A stretch of 64,000 nt of DNA from Chloroflexota bacterium (GCA_013816405.1 JACDEL010000001.1:30925-94924); one strand, 5' to 3'. Counted from the first letter of the stretch, positions 1-9,584 are shown. Notes: generated from the letters alone by a model not told the origin. Numbers and translations: made by a program.

Positions 1-243
1 CAGGATGCGCGCCACCTTGAACAGGATCTCGCCGCGCTTCGGCGCCGGCATAAGGCTCCACGCCGGAAAAGCCCCCTTGGCGGCCTCGACGGCCGCGTCC
101 ACGTCGGCCGCACTCGAGGCCGGGAAGGTGCCGATCAGCTCCTCGTGGTTGGCCGGGCTGACGCTGTCGAAGGTCGCGCCCGATTTGGCGTCGACCCATC
201 GGCCGCCGATCAGGTTCTTGTACGCAGTGGTGGCGATGGTCAC
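1..243 (-). CDS. aldehyde dehydrogenase family protein, N-terminal part (gene continues beyond window edge)
   Basis: Reverse translation from GTG (241-243) gives VTIATTAYKNLIGGRWVDAKSG...FPAWSLMPAPKRGEILFKVARIL, a typical ALDH N-terminus. GAGGAG lies 10 nt upstream of the GTG and the frame stays open to the window edge. Confidence 0.6.
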   Translation of the reverse strand, partial: MTIATTAYKNLIGGRWVDAKSGATFDSVSPANHEELIGTFPASSAADVDAAVEAAKGAFPAWSLMPAPKRGEILFKVARIL

Positions 244-356
244 AGGTGGGACTCCTCGTAGGGCGGCACGGCGGCGCCGGCCGCAGGCCTCAAAGCTGAT
301 CAGATTGTAGGCCCGCACCGGATCGGAGATCATTTCGCGCATTTCCAACACATGAG

Positions 357-746
357 GTGGGTATGGATTCCTGGCCGAAGGGCATTGCTGCTATCACGCT
401 GTTCGTCGAGGATCTGGCCGCGACCAGACAGTTCTACGTGGATGTGTTCGGCCTCCCCGTTCACTTCGAAGATGAGGACTCCGCCGTCTTCGCGTTCGGT
501 GACACGCTCTTGAATCTGCTCAGAATCGAGCAGGCGAGTGAGCTCATCGAGCCGGCGGCGGTGGCACCTCGCGAAGCGGGCGCGCGGTTTCAGTTCACGC
601 TGGAGGTGGACGACGCGGACGCCATGTGCGAGAGACTTGCCGAGCGGGGTGTGGATCTCCTGAACGGGCCGATGGATCGCCCGTGGGGGCCGCGGACCGC
701 AAGCTTCGTCGACCCTAGCGGGCACATCTGGGAGATCGCCCACTGA
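357..746 (+). CDS. VOC family (glyoxalase/bleomycin-resistance/dioxygenase fold) protein
   Basis: 129-aa ORF with glyoxalase-like composition (ITLFVEDLAATRQFY...HFEDED...GHIWEIAH). The opposite-strand ORF 330..743 is Arg/Pro-rich GC-frame noise. Confidence 0.75.
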   Translation: MGMDSWPKGIAAITLFVEDLAATRQFYVDVFGLPVHFEDEDSAVFAFGDTLLNLLRIEQASELIEPAAVAPREAGARFQFTLEVDDADAMCERLAERGVDLLNGPMDRPWGPRTASFVDPSGHIWEIAH

Positions 747-804
747 GTTGCCCGGGAACCGGTTGATGTCCTAGGAGCGGTACTTCTCCAAGCGGTAGGC
801 GATC

Positions 805-826
805 GCCTACCGCCGGGACGCGCCCT
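805..826. terminator. perfect 22-bp palindrome (GCGGTAGGCGATCGCCTACCGC) between convergent genes; possible bidirectional hairpin terminator
   Basis: Seen directly. It lies between the 3' ends of the + VOC gene (746) and the - fumC gene (831). There is no U-tract. Confidence 0.3.
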
Positions 827-830
827 GCGA

Positions 831-2219
831 CTACCTCGGCCGCGTCATCCTCATCACGTCGAGCAGCCGGTCGAGCTCTTCGAGGCTGACCTTGCCGGAA
901 TCGACGTGCCCGCGCTCGATCACGACCTGGCGGATCGTCTTCCGTTCGCCGAGTGCCTGCTTGGCGATGCTCGCAACCTCCTCGTAGCCGAGGACGGGAG
1001 CCAACGAGGTCGCGACCGACGGCGAGCCCTCGGCGTACTCCCGGGCGCGTGCCTCGTCAGCGGCGATGCCGCTGACGCATCGGTCTGCAAACAGGACCGA
1101 TGCGGATGCCAGCAGCCGGATTGACTCCAGGAGGTTGCGGGCAAGCATCGGCAGCATGATGTTCAGCTCGAAGTTGCCGGCGGCCCCGCCGAATGCGATC
1201 GCCGCGTCGTTGCCGATCACCTGGGCGCAGACCATGGACAGCGCCTCGGGGATGACCGGGTTCACCTTGCCGGGCATGATCGACGAGCCCGGCTGGAGGT
1301 CCGGCAGGTGGATCTCCGCCAAACCGGCCCGCGGTCCGGAGCCCATCCAGCGGATGTCCGTCGCGATCTTGTACAGGCCAATGGCGATGGTCCGCAGCTG
1401 CCCGCTCAGCTCCACCAGCGCGTCGCGCGCGCCCTGCGCTTCGAAGTGGTTGCGCGCCTCGGCGAGCGGCAGCCCCGTGGACTCGGCCAGCTCCTTGATG
1501 ACCGCCGCCGCGAACCCGGCCGGCGCATTGATGCCCGTGCCCACGGCGGTGCCTCCCAGCGCCAGCTCCGCGACGCGGGGGAGTGTCGACTCCAGTCGTT
1601 CGATCCCGTAGCGAATCTGCGCCGCATACCCGCCGAACTCCTGGCCCAGGGTCACCGGCGTCGCGTCCATGAGGTGCGTGCGGCCGGACTTCACGACGTC
1701 GGCGAACTCGCGCGCCTTTCCTTCAAGTGCCAGCACCAGGTGGGTGAGCCCAGGGATGAGGGCGTTGACGACGCCATCGGTCACCGCCAGGTGGATCGCG
1801 GATGGAATGACGTCATTGCTCGACTGGCTGGCGTTGACCTGGTCGTTCGGATGCACCGGCCGCCCCAGCTGTTCGCCGGCGACGTTGGCGATAACCTCGT
1901 TGGCGTTCATGTTCGACGAGGTGCCAGAGCCCGTCTGATAGACGTCGATCGGGAAGTGGTCGTCCCATCCCCCATCCGCAACCTCCAGGGCGGCGGCGCG
2001 GATGCCGTCCGCCGTCTCGGCATCCAGCACGCCCAGTGCGGCGTTGGCGCTGGCGGCGGCCGCCTTGATCCGCCCGAGGGCGTGGATCAGCTCGGGATCG
2101 ATTCGCTGGCCGCTGATCGGGAAGTTCTCGACTGCCCGCTGCGTGGTGGCTCCCCAGCGGGCACCGGCAGGAACGTGGACGTCGCCCATCGAGTCGTGCT
2201 CGACCCGGTCGTCGGTCAT
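831..2219 (-). CDS. fumC: class II fumarate hydratase (fumarase C / aspartase family)
   Basis: Fumarate-lyase signature [11 protein letters not shown]. Start taken at [19 protein letters not shown]. Length and motifs match FumC. Confidence 0.9.
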   Translation of the reverse strand: MTDDRVEHDSMGDVHVPAGARWGATTQRAVENFPISGQRIDPELIHALGRIKAAAASANAALGVLDAETADGIRAAALEVADGGWDDHFPIDVYQTGSGTSSNMNANEVIANVAGEQLGRPVHPNDQVNASQSSNDVIPSAIHLAVTDGVVNALIPGLTHLVLALEGKAREFADVVKSGRTHLMDATPVTLGQEFGGYAAQIRYGIERLESTLPRVAELALGGTAVGTGINAPAGFAAAVIKELAESTGLPLAEARNHFEAQGARDALVELSGQLRTIAIGLYKIATDIRWMGSGPRAGLAEIHLPDLQPGSSIMPGKVNPVIPEALSMVCAQVIGNDAAIAFGGAAGNFELNIMLPMLARNLLESIRLLASASVLFADRCVSGIAADEARAREYAEGSPSVATSLAPVLGYEEVASIAKQALGERKTIRQVVIERGHVDSGKVSLEELDRLLDVMRMTRPR

Positions 2220-2734
2220 CGGTTGAAGTCCTGCGCCCGCTCCATCTCGACGAAGCGAATGACCGGGGGGATCAGGTATGGGAGGAGGCCCTCGTTCAGC
2301 TCGTCCAGGATCAGGTCGCATCTGGCGACGAGCTCGGTCAGGACCAGCCCCTGATGCGTCGGCTCGTACTTCCGCAGCTTCGCGATCCCCTCGCCAAGCT
2401 TGTTCCGCGCCCCGCGAGCATTGCGTCGCTGCAGGTGCAGGAGCCCGGCGGCAACCATGATCAGGCCCTGGTAGAAGTCGCGCTCCTCCTCGTCGGCCGC
2501 CCGCCAGAGCGTCTCCCAGGCCTCGTGCGCGTGCCAGTAGCGGAGCCCGTTGAAGAGCGCCACTCCCCGATGGAGCAGCTCGTGTCGCTCCTTCGGATCG
2601 AGCGGCGGGGTGCGACCCCTCGCCAGCTGTGGCTCGTGTGGGGCGGCAGCTGGCGGGACGGCCGCGGCCTTCTGCGGACGCTTCGCTCGGGTAGGCGCGG
2701 GCTTCGTCTTCGGCTCAGCCATCGGCCCGATCAT
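2216..2734 (-). CDS. DUF309-domain protein
   Basis: [10 protein letters not shown] motif (the DUF309 HExxE-W signature). The stop overlaps the fumC start (ATGA-type coupling). The start is ambiguous: M at 2734 or 2722. Confidence 0.6.
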   Translation of the reverse strand: MIGPMAEPKTKPAPTRAKRPQKAAAVPPAAAPHEPQLARGRTPPLDPKERHELLHRGVALFNGLRYWHAHEAWETLWRAADEEERDFYQGLIMVAAGLLHLQRRNARGARNKLGEGIAKLRKYEPTHQGLVLTELVARCDLILDELNEGLLPYLIPPVIRFVEMERAQDFNR

Positions 2735-2846
2735 AGCGGCGCGCCGTCATTCCTCCATGGCACGGTCACAATCTGCGCACAACGCGCCGCCAGGCTGACC
2801 CTCATCGGATCCATCAAGGATCCACAACTGAGGAGAATCAGTTCAC

Positions 2847-3248
2847 ATGGCAAGTGGCTTCGTCCGATCCATCGCTTTCCTGCTCTTCGTGGGACTGCTA
2901 GCGGTGGTCGGGTTCAACATCTACAACGCCGGCGTGACCGCCGGCATCAACTCCGACATCGGCGCGGCGATCGCATCCGGGGCACCGATCCCGGCCGGCT
3001 ACTACTCCGGCGCCTACCTCGGCCATCCCGGAGGCTTCGGCTTCGGCGGGTTCCTGATCGGGATCTTCTTCCTGTTCATCTTCTTCGGCCTGCTGCGCGC
3101 CGCCTTCGGCTCTGGCCGATGGGGCCACCACGGCGGCAGTGGATCCTCGAGGTTCGGTCGCCATGGCGGCTGGAACGAGTACATGGGGTCCTGGCACGAG
3201 GAGCAGCACGGGAAGGCTCCCGACGCCCCTGCCCCGGACAAGGCCTGA
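2847..3248 (+). CDS. small Gly/His-rich membrane protein (2 predicted TM helices)
   Basis: GAGGAG RBS 8 nt upstream of ATG. There are two hydrophobic segments, then the tail RWGHHGGSGSSRFGRHGGWNEYMGSWHEEQHG. It sits directly upstream of the two-component system. Confidence 0.55.
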   Translation: MASGFVRSIAFLLFVGLLAVVGFNIYNAGVTAGINSDIGAAIASGAPIPAGYYSGAYLGHPGGFGFGGFLIGIFFLFIFFGLLRAAFGSGRWGHHGGSGSSRFGRHGGWNEYMGSWHEEQHGKAPDAPAPDKA

Positions 3249-3301
3249 ACCGACTCAGGACCGATGCGGACGGGCGGCCGCAGCCGCCCATCCGACTTAC
3301 C

Positions 3302-3988
3302 ATGCCGAACGTGGCACGCATCCTCGTCGTCGACGACGAGCCCAAGATCGTCCAGCTCGTCCGCGACTACCTGGAGCTAGCGGGCTTCGCCGTCTCCACG
3401 GCACGCGACGGGAACGAGGCATTGATGCGAGCGCACACCGAACGCCCCGATCTCATCGTCCTCGACCTTGGCCTCCCGGGGCTCGACGGGCTGGAGGTCA
3501 CCCGGCGACTTCGCCGCGACTCAGGAGTGCCGATCATCGTGCTCACCGCCCGCCACGAGGAGACCGACAAGGTCGTCGGCCTGGAGCTCGGCGCCGATGA
3601 CTACGTCACCAAGCCCTTCAGCCCGCGCGAGCTCGAGGCACGGGTGCGCGCCGTTCTCCGCCGCCACAGGCAGGAGGCGGACTCTGAGGTCCTGCGGGCG
3701 GGCGACCTGACGCTCGACATTCCGCGCCTCCGCACCGAGGTCGCCGGCCGGCTGGTGGACCTGACGGCCACGGAATTTCAGCTCGTCGCCGCCCTCGCCC
3801 GGCAGCCGGGCCGCGTCTTCACCCGCGCCCAGCTGCTTGACGCGATCCACGGTGTCGCCTTCGACTCGTACGAGCGGGCCATCGACGCCCACGTGAAGAA
3901 CATTCGCCGCAAGATCGAGCCCGACCCGCGAACGCCCCGCTACCTGCTCACTGTGTATGGAGTTGGCTACCGCCTGACCGATGTCTGA
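3302..3988 (+). CDS. OmpR-family response regulator (REC + winged-helix)
   Basis: ILVVDDEP...DLIVLDLGLPGLDG...YVTKPF receiver motifs and a C-terminal trans_reg_C (LLTVYGVGYRL). The long in-frame N-terminal extension of ORF 2354..3988 is rejected. Confidence 0.9.
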   Translation: MPNVARILVVDDEPKIVQLVRDYLELAGFAVSTARDGNEALMRAHTERPDLIVLDLGLPGLDGLEVTRRLRRDSGVPIIVLTARHEETDKVVGLELGADDYVTKPFSPRELEARVRAVLRRHRQEADSEVLRAGDLTLDIPRLRTEVAGRLVDLTATEFQLVAALARQPGRVFTRAQLLDAIHGVAFDSYERAIDAHVKNIRRKIEPDPRTPRYLLTVYGVGYRLTDV

Positions 3989-5141
3989 TCACCGCTGGCG
4001 CCGCCACGCCGGGAAGCCGCCATGGTGGCCAGAGGGCGAGACTTGGCCGCCCGAGGGCCGCATGGGTCCGCAGGCCTGGCGCGGTATGCGCGGCCGGTTC
4101 ATGTGGCGCATTGGCTGCTTCTTCCTGTTGATGACCGTGATATTCCTGTCCGTTGTCGCACTCCTTGGCTGGCTGATCGACAAAGCGATCGGGGCCGCGC
4201 CCATGATCCTGATCGGCCTGGTGGCCCTCCTCGTCCTGGCGATGATCGGCCGTGCCATTCGAAACACGGCTGCCCCGGTCGGCGACCTAATCGAGGCATC
4301 CGGCAGGGTAGAGGAGGGTGACTTCAGCACGCGCGTGCCCGAGGCCGGGCCTGGCGAGGTCCGTGCGCTGGCCCGCGCGTTCAACGCCATGAGCGCCCGT
4401 CTCGAGGAGGCGGAGCAGCAGCGCCGCTCATCCCTCGCCGACGTCTCGCACGAGCTGCGCCAGCCCCTCACCGTGATCCAGGGCAACATCGAGGCTCTGC
4501 TCGACGGCGTCTACCCGGCCGATGCCGCGCATCTCGAGCCGATCCTGGCCGAGACCCGCATCCTCGAGCGCCTGATCGACGACCTGCGGACCCTGACCCT
4601 GGCCGAGGCCGGCAGCCTCGTCCTCCACCGCGAGCCGACCGACCTCGCCGCCCTCCTGAACGAGGTGACCACCAGTTACCGAAGCCAGGCCGATCAGGCT
4701 GGCATCATCATGAACGTCACCGTTCCCAATGATCTCCCAACCATCCACATCGACCCAGCACGCATCCGCGAGGTTGTGGCGAACCTGCTCACCAACGCCC
4801 TCCGCCACACTCCCCGAGACGGCACCGTTGAGATCTCCACTCAGCTGGCGAACGACGAGGCGATCGTCACGATCCGCGACACCGGCCCCGGTATCCCACG
4901 CGAGCAGCTCGACCGGGTCTTCGACCGCTTCTATCGCTCCCCCGATTCGCCGGGAAGCGGCCTCGGCCTTCCAATCGCCAAGAGTCTGGTCGAAGCCCAC
5001 GCTGGCACAATGATGGCGACCTCGGGGGTCGGGGCGGGGACAACGATCCGGTTCAGCCTCCCGCACGGCTCTGCCGTCGAACCACGACTGGGAACTCGTC
5101 GAACTGACCTCGATGCCGATCAGCGTCGTAGGATCCCATGA
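3981..5141 (+). CDS. sensor histidine kinase (TM-HAMP-HisKA-HATPase)
   Basis: Overlaps the RR stop by 8 nt. H-box SHELRQPLT and the N/G1/G2 boxes (LLTNALRHT, IRDTGPGI, GSGLGLPIAKS) are present. Confidence 0.85.
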   Translation: MSDHRWRRHAGKPPWWPEGETWPPEGRMGPQAWRGMRGRFMWRIGCFFLLMTVIFLSVVALLGWLIDKAIGAAPMILIGLVALLVLAMIGRAIRNTAAPVGDLIEASGRVEEGDFSTRVPEAGPGEVRALARAFNAMSARLEEAEQQRRSSLADVSHELRQPLTVIQGNIEALLDGVYPADAAHLEPILAETRILERLIDDLRTLTLAEAGSLVLHREPTDLAALLNEVTTSYRSQADQAGIIMNVTVPNDLPTIHIDPARIREVVANLLTNALRHTPRDGTVEISTQLANDEAIVTIRDTGPGIPREQLDRVFDRFYRSPDSPGSGLGLPIAKSLVEAHAGTMMATSGVGAGTTIRFSLPHGSAVEPRLGTRRTDLDADQRRRIP

Positions 5142-5539
5142 TGAAGTCTGCTGCATCTGTGCGCTTCCTGCTCGTCCTGAATGCCGTCTTCGGGCTGGGT
5201 GCAGGCGTCGGACTGGCGGTTCTGCCCGAACTCTTTCTGTCAACTCTAGGCCTCCAGACCGATCAAGTCGGAACGGCCTTTGCGCGGCTCTACGGAGCTG
5301 AGTTGATCGGATTCAACATCGCAACCTGGCTGACCCGGAATGATTGGCCGCCTTCGACACCTATCGTTCGCGGTCATATCGCGAACGAGGGACTCACCGC
5401 CGTCGTCGCGGCCGCTGCGGGAGCATCGGGCCTCGGGAATCTGCTGGTCTGGGGTCTTGCGGCGCTTGCAGCCCTCTTCTCACTGGGATACCTCACAGTT
5501 GCCCTGCAACGAGATGGTGGCGGCCTTGCCAAAGGCTGA
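5138..5539 (+). CDS. small membrane protein (4 hydrophobic segments), hypothetical
   Basis: ATGA overlap with the HK stop. Composition is hydrophobic. Confidence 0.5.
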   Translation: MMKSAASVRFLLVLNAVFGLGAGVGLAVLPELFLSTLGLQTDQVGTAFARLYGAELIGFNIATWLTRNDWPPSTPIVRGHIANEGLTAVVAAAAGASGLGNLLVWGLAALAALFSLGYLTVALQRDGGGLAKG

Positions 5540-5552
5540 CATCCGTACCGCC

Positions 5553-5995
5553 CTAGAGCTCGCTGCTCTCCATCATCCGCTTCAGGTTGACGAGGCCCTG
5601 ATCCCAGCTCTTGCTGTACGAGCGCATGAACATCGGCCCGAACAGCTTGGCCGGCCCACGCAGGAATAGCTCGATGTTGGAGTCGACCTTCGTCCCGCCT
5701 CGACCGTGGTGAAGGTCAGCTCAGCCTCGATGGGCGCGTTCTTCGAGGTCCCCTTCAGGACCGCGCGGTTCGGCGATTCGTCGACCGTTGCCGCCGCGTC
5801 GTTCTCGGTGGTCATCAGGCCCATCTTCACGCGAGCACGCCGCGTGGATCCCACTCCTAGGGGTGGCGGAGACGTCCACCACTCCTGCACGTCACCGGAA
5901 AACCACTTTCCGGTGTTCTCGACGTTGGTCAGGACGGCGAAGACGCCCTCGATCGGCCGCGCGATCACGACGGAGCTATGGACCGACGACGCCAC
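5553..5995 (-). pseudogene. SRPBCC (START/polyketide-cyclase-like) protein with an apparent single-nt frameshift
   Basis: Frame A (5582..5995) reads MASSVHSSVVIARPIEGVFAVL...TFTTVEAG, then becomes Arg/Ser noise. A second frame continues TKVDSNIELFLRGPAKLFGPMFMRSYSKSWDQGLVNLKRMMESSEL* down to a stop at 5553. The switch lies at a C/G run near 5690-5700. Confidence 0.5.
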
Positions 5996-6123
5996 AACTG
6001 AACTCCTGAACAGTTTTGAGTGCGAGCTAGGGTCCTGAAATTCACGGGGGCGGACGCCCGCCGCAGGCTGTCGTGATAGCCGGCCAGTGGCGGGCGTCAG
6101 GCGCCCCCATCAACTCCATCTGC

Positions 6124-6624
6124 CTAATCCGCGATCTTGACCATCACGTGCTTGATGACCGTGTAGTCCTCGATGCTGTAGCTGCTCATGTCCTTGCCGT
6201 AGCCCGACTGCTTGAAGCCGCCGTGCGGCATCGCCGACGCGATCGTCAGATGGTCGTTGATCCAGACCGTCCCGAAGCAGAGGCGTCGGGCCGCGTTCAG
6301 ACCACGCTTGATGTCCTTCGTCCAGACCGATGACGCCAGTCCGACCGCCACGTCGTTGGCCCAGCGGATCCCCTCCTCGTCATCGGCGAAGTGCTGGATG
6401 GTGAGGACCGGACCGAAGCCCTCCTTCTGAACGATCTCCGAGTCCTGCGCGACGCCACCGATCAGCGATGGCTGGAAAAAGAAGCCCTTGGCGCCGGTGT
6501 TCGAGCCACCGGCCAGGATCTCTGCGCCGTACCCGCGAGCCCGATCGACGAAGCCGGCGACCCTGCCCGGCGCGTTGCAGGATGCCGCCCCACCTCGCGC
6601 GTCATATGCGGACGCGGACGCCAC
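6124..6624 (-). pseudogene. aldehyde dehydrogenase C-terminal fragment (catalytic-Cys region to C-terminus only)
   Basis: 166 aa containing GGAASCNAPGRV, EGFGPVL and GGFKQSGYGKD. The frame opens only 14 nt downstream of the stop of the full-length ALDH at 6639, so no N-terminal ~300 aa can exist. Confidence 0.55.
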
Positions 6625-6638
6625 CTGACGCCTGGGCG

Positions 6639-8003
6639 TCAGCCGATGCGGATCATCTTCTTGTTCACGAACTCGTCGGCGCCGAAGCGGCCGAGCTCGC
6701 GGCCCGAGCCCGAGCGCTTGATGCCGCCGAACGGCAGCTCGGCGCCGTCGGCGAGCACGACGTTCACGAACACCATGCCGGCCTCGATACCGTCGGCGAC
6801 GCGGAGCGCCTGCTCCTGATCGGTGGTGTAGACGTACGAGCCCAGGCCGAACGGGGTGTCGTTCGCGATGCGCACGGCGTCGGCCTCGTCCTTCGCGCGG
6901 TATACCTGCGCGACCGGGCCGAAGAACTCCTCCTTGGAGGCGGGGTTCCCGGGAGTGACATCCGTCAGCACGGTCGTCTGGAAGAACGCGCCGTCACGGG
7001 TGCCGCCGTGCACGAGCGTCGCGCCGTGCTCGATCGCGCGCTTGACCTGCTCGTCGACGCCCTCGGCGGCCTTCAGCGAGGACAGCGGGCCGAGCGCCGA
7101 GTCGGCCGACGTCGGGTCGGTCGCCTCGATCTCGGCGATCTTCGCGGTGAACTTCTCGAGGAAGGGCTCGTACAGCTCGTCGGCGACGATGAAGCGCTTG
7201 GCCGCGTTGCACGACTGGCCGCTGTTGTCGAGGCGGGCGTCGACCGCGTTCTCCACCGTGGCGTCGAGGTCGTCGGTCGAGAGCAGGATGAAGGGGTCCG
7301 AGCCGCCGAGCTCGAGCACGACCTTCTTCAGGTGGCGGCCGGCGATCTCGGCGACCGCGGCGCCGGCTCGCTCGGAGCCGGTGAGCGAGACGCCCTGCAC
7401 GCGCGGGTCCGCGATGACGTGCTCGATCTGGTCGTGCGAGGCGTAGATGTTCACGTAGGCGCCGGCCGGGAAGCCCGCGTCGAGGAAGATCTGCTGCATC
7501 GCGGCGGCGGACTCGGGGCACTGCTCGGCGTGCTTGAGCAGGATCGGGTTGCCGATGATGAGGTTCGGGCCGGCGAAGCGGGCGACCTGGTAGTACGGGA
7601 AGTTCCAGGGCATGACGCCGAGCAGCACCCCGAGCGACGAGCGGCGGATGACCGCCGAGCCATCGCCCGCGAGGAGCTGGATCGGCTCGTCCCTCAGGAA
7701 GTCCGCCGAGTGGTCGGCGTAGTACTCGTAGATCGCGGCGGCGAAGTCGGCCTCGCCGAGCGCCTGCTTGATCGGCTTGCCCATCTCGCGCACGATGAGC
7801 TCCGCCAGCTCCTGGCGGCGCTCGGTGTGCAGTTCGCTGACGCGGCGGATGAGGGCCGCGCGCTCCTCGACCGTGGTCGACTTCGACCAGGTGCGGTGCG
7901 CTTCGTCGGCTGCGGCGATCGCGGCCTCGAGCTCGGCGTCGGTGATGGTGTCGTAAGTCTTGACCGTCTCGCCCGTGGCGGGGTTGGTCACGGCATAGCT
8001 CAT
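6639..8003 (-). CDS. NAD(P)-dependent aldehyde dehydrogenase (succinate-semialdehyde dehydrogenase-like)
   Basis: 454 aa with ELGGSDP, GQSCNAAKRF (catalytic Cys) and EEFFGPV motifs. Confidence 0.9.
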   Translation of the reverse strand: MSYAVTNPATGETVKTYDTITDAELEAAIAAADEAHRTWSKSTTVEERAALIRRVSELHTERRQELAELIVREMGKPIKQALGEADFAAAIYEYYADHSADFLRDEPIQLLAGDGSAVIRRSSLGVLLGVMPWNFPYYQVARFAGPNLIIGNPILLKHAEQCPESAAAMQQIFLDAGFPAGAYVNIYASHDQIEHVIADPRVQGVSLTGSERAGAAVAEIAGRHLKKVVLELGGSDPFILLSTDDLDATVENAVDARLDNSGQSCNAAKRFIVADELYEPFLEKFTAKIAEIEATDPTSADSALGPLSSLKAAEGVDEQVKRAIEHGATLVHGGTRDGAFFQTTVLTDVTPGNPASKEEFFGPVAQVYRAKDEADAVRIANDTPFGLGSYVYTTDQEQALRVADGIEAGMVFVNVVLADGAELPFGGIKRSGSGRELGRFGADEFVNKKMIRIG

Positions 8004-8092
8004 CGTGTGGGTCTCCTTGTCAGTGCGCCACGCCAGAGCCGGTCTACCGCGGTGCAGCCCGCCGGGAGGCGGGTTGGTGGGCTGGGGCGATT

Positions 8093-8644
8093 CTACTCGC
8101 GGCTCCGGACGGGGCGGAAGCCCCCATCCGCCGCGCGGGCGATCACGAAGAGCAGGTCCGCCAGCCGGTTGAGGTAGGGCACGACCTGCGAGTCAGGGAG
8201 GCCGCCGGCGTTGCTCAGCGCGACCGCACGACGCTCGGCACGTCGCACGGTGGTCCGTGCCAGGTCGATCGCCGCGCCGGCGAGGCTCTCCCCGGGGATC
8301 ACGAACTCGGCCGGCATCGGGTGCTTGGCCTCGAGCGCGTCGATCTCGTGCTCGAGCGCCGTTGTCATCTCGGCCGTCACGCGACTGGTGCCATCGGTGA
8401 GCTTCGCGCGCTTCTCGACATGCGTGGCCAGCTCCGCGCCGACCACGAACAGCTCGCGCTGGAGCCGCAGGATCAGATCGGCCAAGGGAGAGCCGGCGAG
8501 GGCTGCTCGGGCGAGGCCCAGGGCGGAGACGGCCTCATCGGTCGTGCCGTAGGCGTCCGTGCGGAGGTCCGCCTTGCTGACCCGGGCGCCGCCGAAGAGG
8601 AGGCCGGTGGTGCCGGTGTCGCCCTTGCGGGTGTAGATGCGCAT
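8093..8644 (-). CDS. ATP:cob(I)alamin adenosyltransferase, PduO/MMAB type
   Basis: N-terminal MRIYTRKGDTGTTGL and overall PduO-type ATR composition. Confidence 0.8.
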   Translation of the reverse strand: MRIYTRKGDTGTTGLLFGGARVSKADLRTDAYGTTDEAVSALGLARAALAGSPLADLILRLQRELFVVGAELATHVEKRAKLTDGTSRVTAEMTTALEHEIDALEAKHPMPAEFVIPGESLAGAAIDLARTTVRRAERRAVALSNAGGLPDSQVVPYLNRLADLLFVIARAADGGFRPVRSRE

Positions 8645-8842
8645 CGGGGGAGATGGTAGCGCTGGCTCAGGTTGCGTCCGCGATATTGATCACATCGCTA
8701 CATCAGCGCGTCGGGGGCTCTGCGGGCGCGATCTTAGCGATAGCACCAGTGCCGCAACACCCGAGGAGAGGGAAAATGGCCATTTCAGCTCGATGAGGTG
8801 CCGATACAGAGGTGTGATCGCTAAGCCGCCGCGATCGACGCC

Positions 8843-9133
8843 CTAGAAGAGGCCGGGCGGGGGCTCCCAGCGATCGGCGAGCAGGGTGACCTTGACGGGC
8901 GGCCCGACGACCTCCTCGGTCTTCTGCTTGACGGTCTGGATCAGCTCACCGGCCCACGGGCAGAATGGGGTGGTGAGGATCATCTTGATCTCGGTGGGGG
9001 CGCCGTCGACGCCGATCTCCACGTTCTTGATCAGGTCGAGGTCCACGATGCTCATCCCGATCTCCGGATCGTGGATGTCGTACAGCGCGGTCATCACCTC
9101 GTCAACCTTGGCGAGGTTCGAGTCAATCGTCAT
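8843..9133 (-). CDS. DUF59/MIP18-family (SufT-like) Fe-S cluster assembly protein
   Basis: LYDIHDPEIGMSIVDLDLI...TTPFCPWAGEL, characteristic of DUF59. Confidence 0.75.
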   Translation of the reverse strand: MTIDSNLAKVDEVMTALYDIHDPEIGMSIVDLDLIKNVEIGVDGAPTEIKMILTTPFCPWAGELIQTVKQKTEEVVGPPVKVTLLADRWEPPPGLF

Positions 9134-9242
9134 TGCCGACCAGTCTAGCAAGGATTCGCACGATAGCTTCCGGGGGCCACCCGTCCGCCGCCCCGCCCCA
9201 CGCTCGAAGCCCCGCGCATCAAGCGCGGGAAGTGCCGCCCGG

Positions 9243-9570
9243 TCAGGAGATGAACGGCGGGCCCGACAGGGCGATCAACACGGCGATCGTGCCCGGCAGC
9301 GCCAGGCCGAGCACTGCGACCAGCAACGCCAGCCAGCCGGGCCCTGCGCCGGCCAATGGGTCGGAGGAGGACGACGAGCGCGCCGACCATCGCGCTCCCC
9401 AGGACCGCGGCGACGATCCAATCACCAGCTGTCAGAGGGCGCCCGCCGAGCGCATACGAGACGACCGCCCACAGCAGCACGCCGTCGACGAGCAGCGTGG
9501 CCACCATGACGAGCCCGACCACGAGCGCCCAGGCAGGGGAAGGCGGGCGTGCGCGTGGGGGCTGCTCCAT
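9243..9570 (-). CDS. small membrane protein, apparent frameshift between two hydrophobic halves
   Basis: Frame A from ATG 9570 reads MEQPPRARPPSPAWALVVGLVMVATLLVDGVLLWAVVSYALGG...AVLGSAMVGALVVLL, then decays into Arg-rich noise. Frame B continues GWLALLVAVLGLALPGTIAVLIALSGPPFIS* to 9243. The switch is in a C/G run near 9345-9360. Confidence 0.3.
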
Positions 9571-9584
9571 GCGAGGACCCGGCG

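Noticed and set aside
330-743. 137-aa - strand ORF overlapping the VOC gene
   Set aside because: The + strand frame carries recognisable glyoxalase-fold sequence. The - strand frame is Arg/Pro-rich.
2354-3988. 544-aa ORF containing the response regulator with a long upstream in-frame extension
   Set aside because: The first ~315 residues are Arg/Pro/Leu-rich low-complexity sequence typical of an open wrong-context frame in 70% GC DNA. The real gene starts at the ATG 3302 preceding the REC domain.
8003-8093. GC hairpin CCCGCCGGGAGGCGGG between the ALDH and adenosyltransferase genes as a terminator
   Set aside because: No U-tract on either strand, and it lies upstream of the ALDH start rather than after a gene end on the relevant strand.
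6468-8177. 569-aa + strand ORF antisense to the aldehyde dehydrogenase gene
   Set aside because: Arg/Gly/Asp-rich antisense translation of a well-supported ALDH gene, with no motifs.
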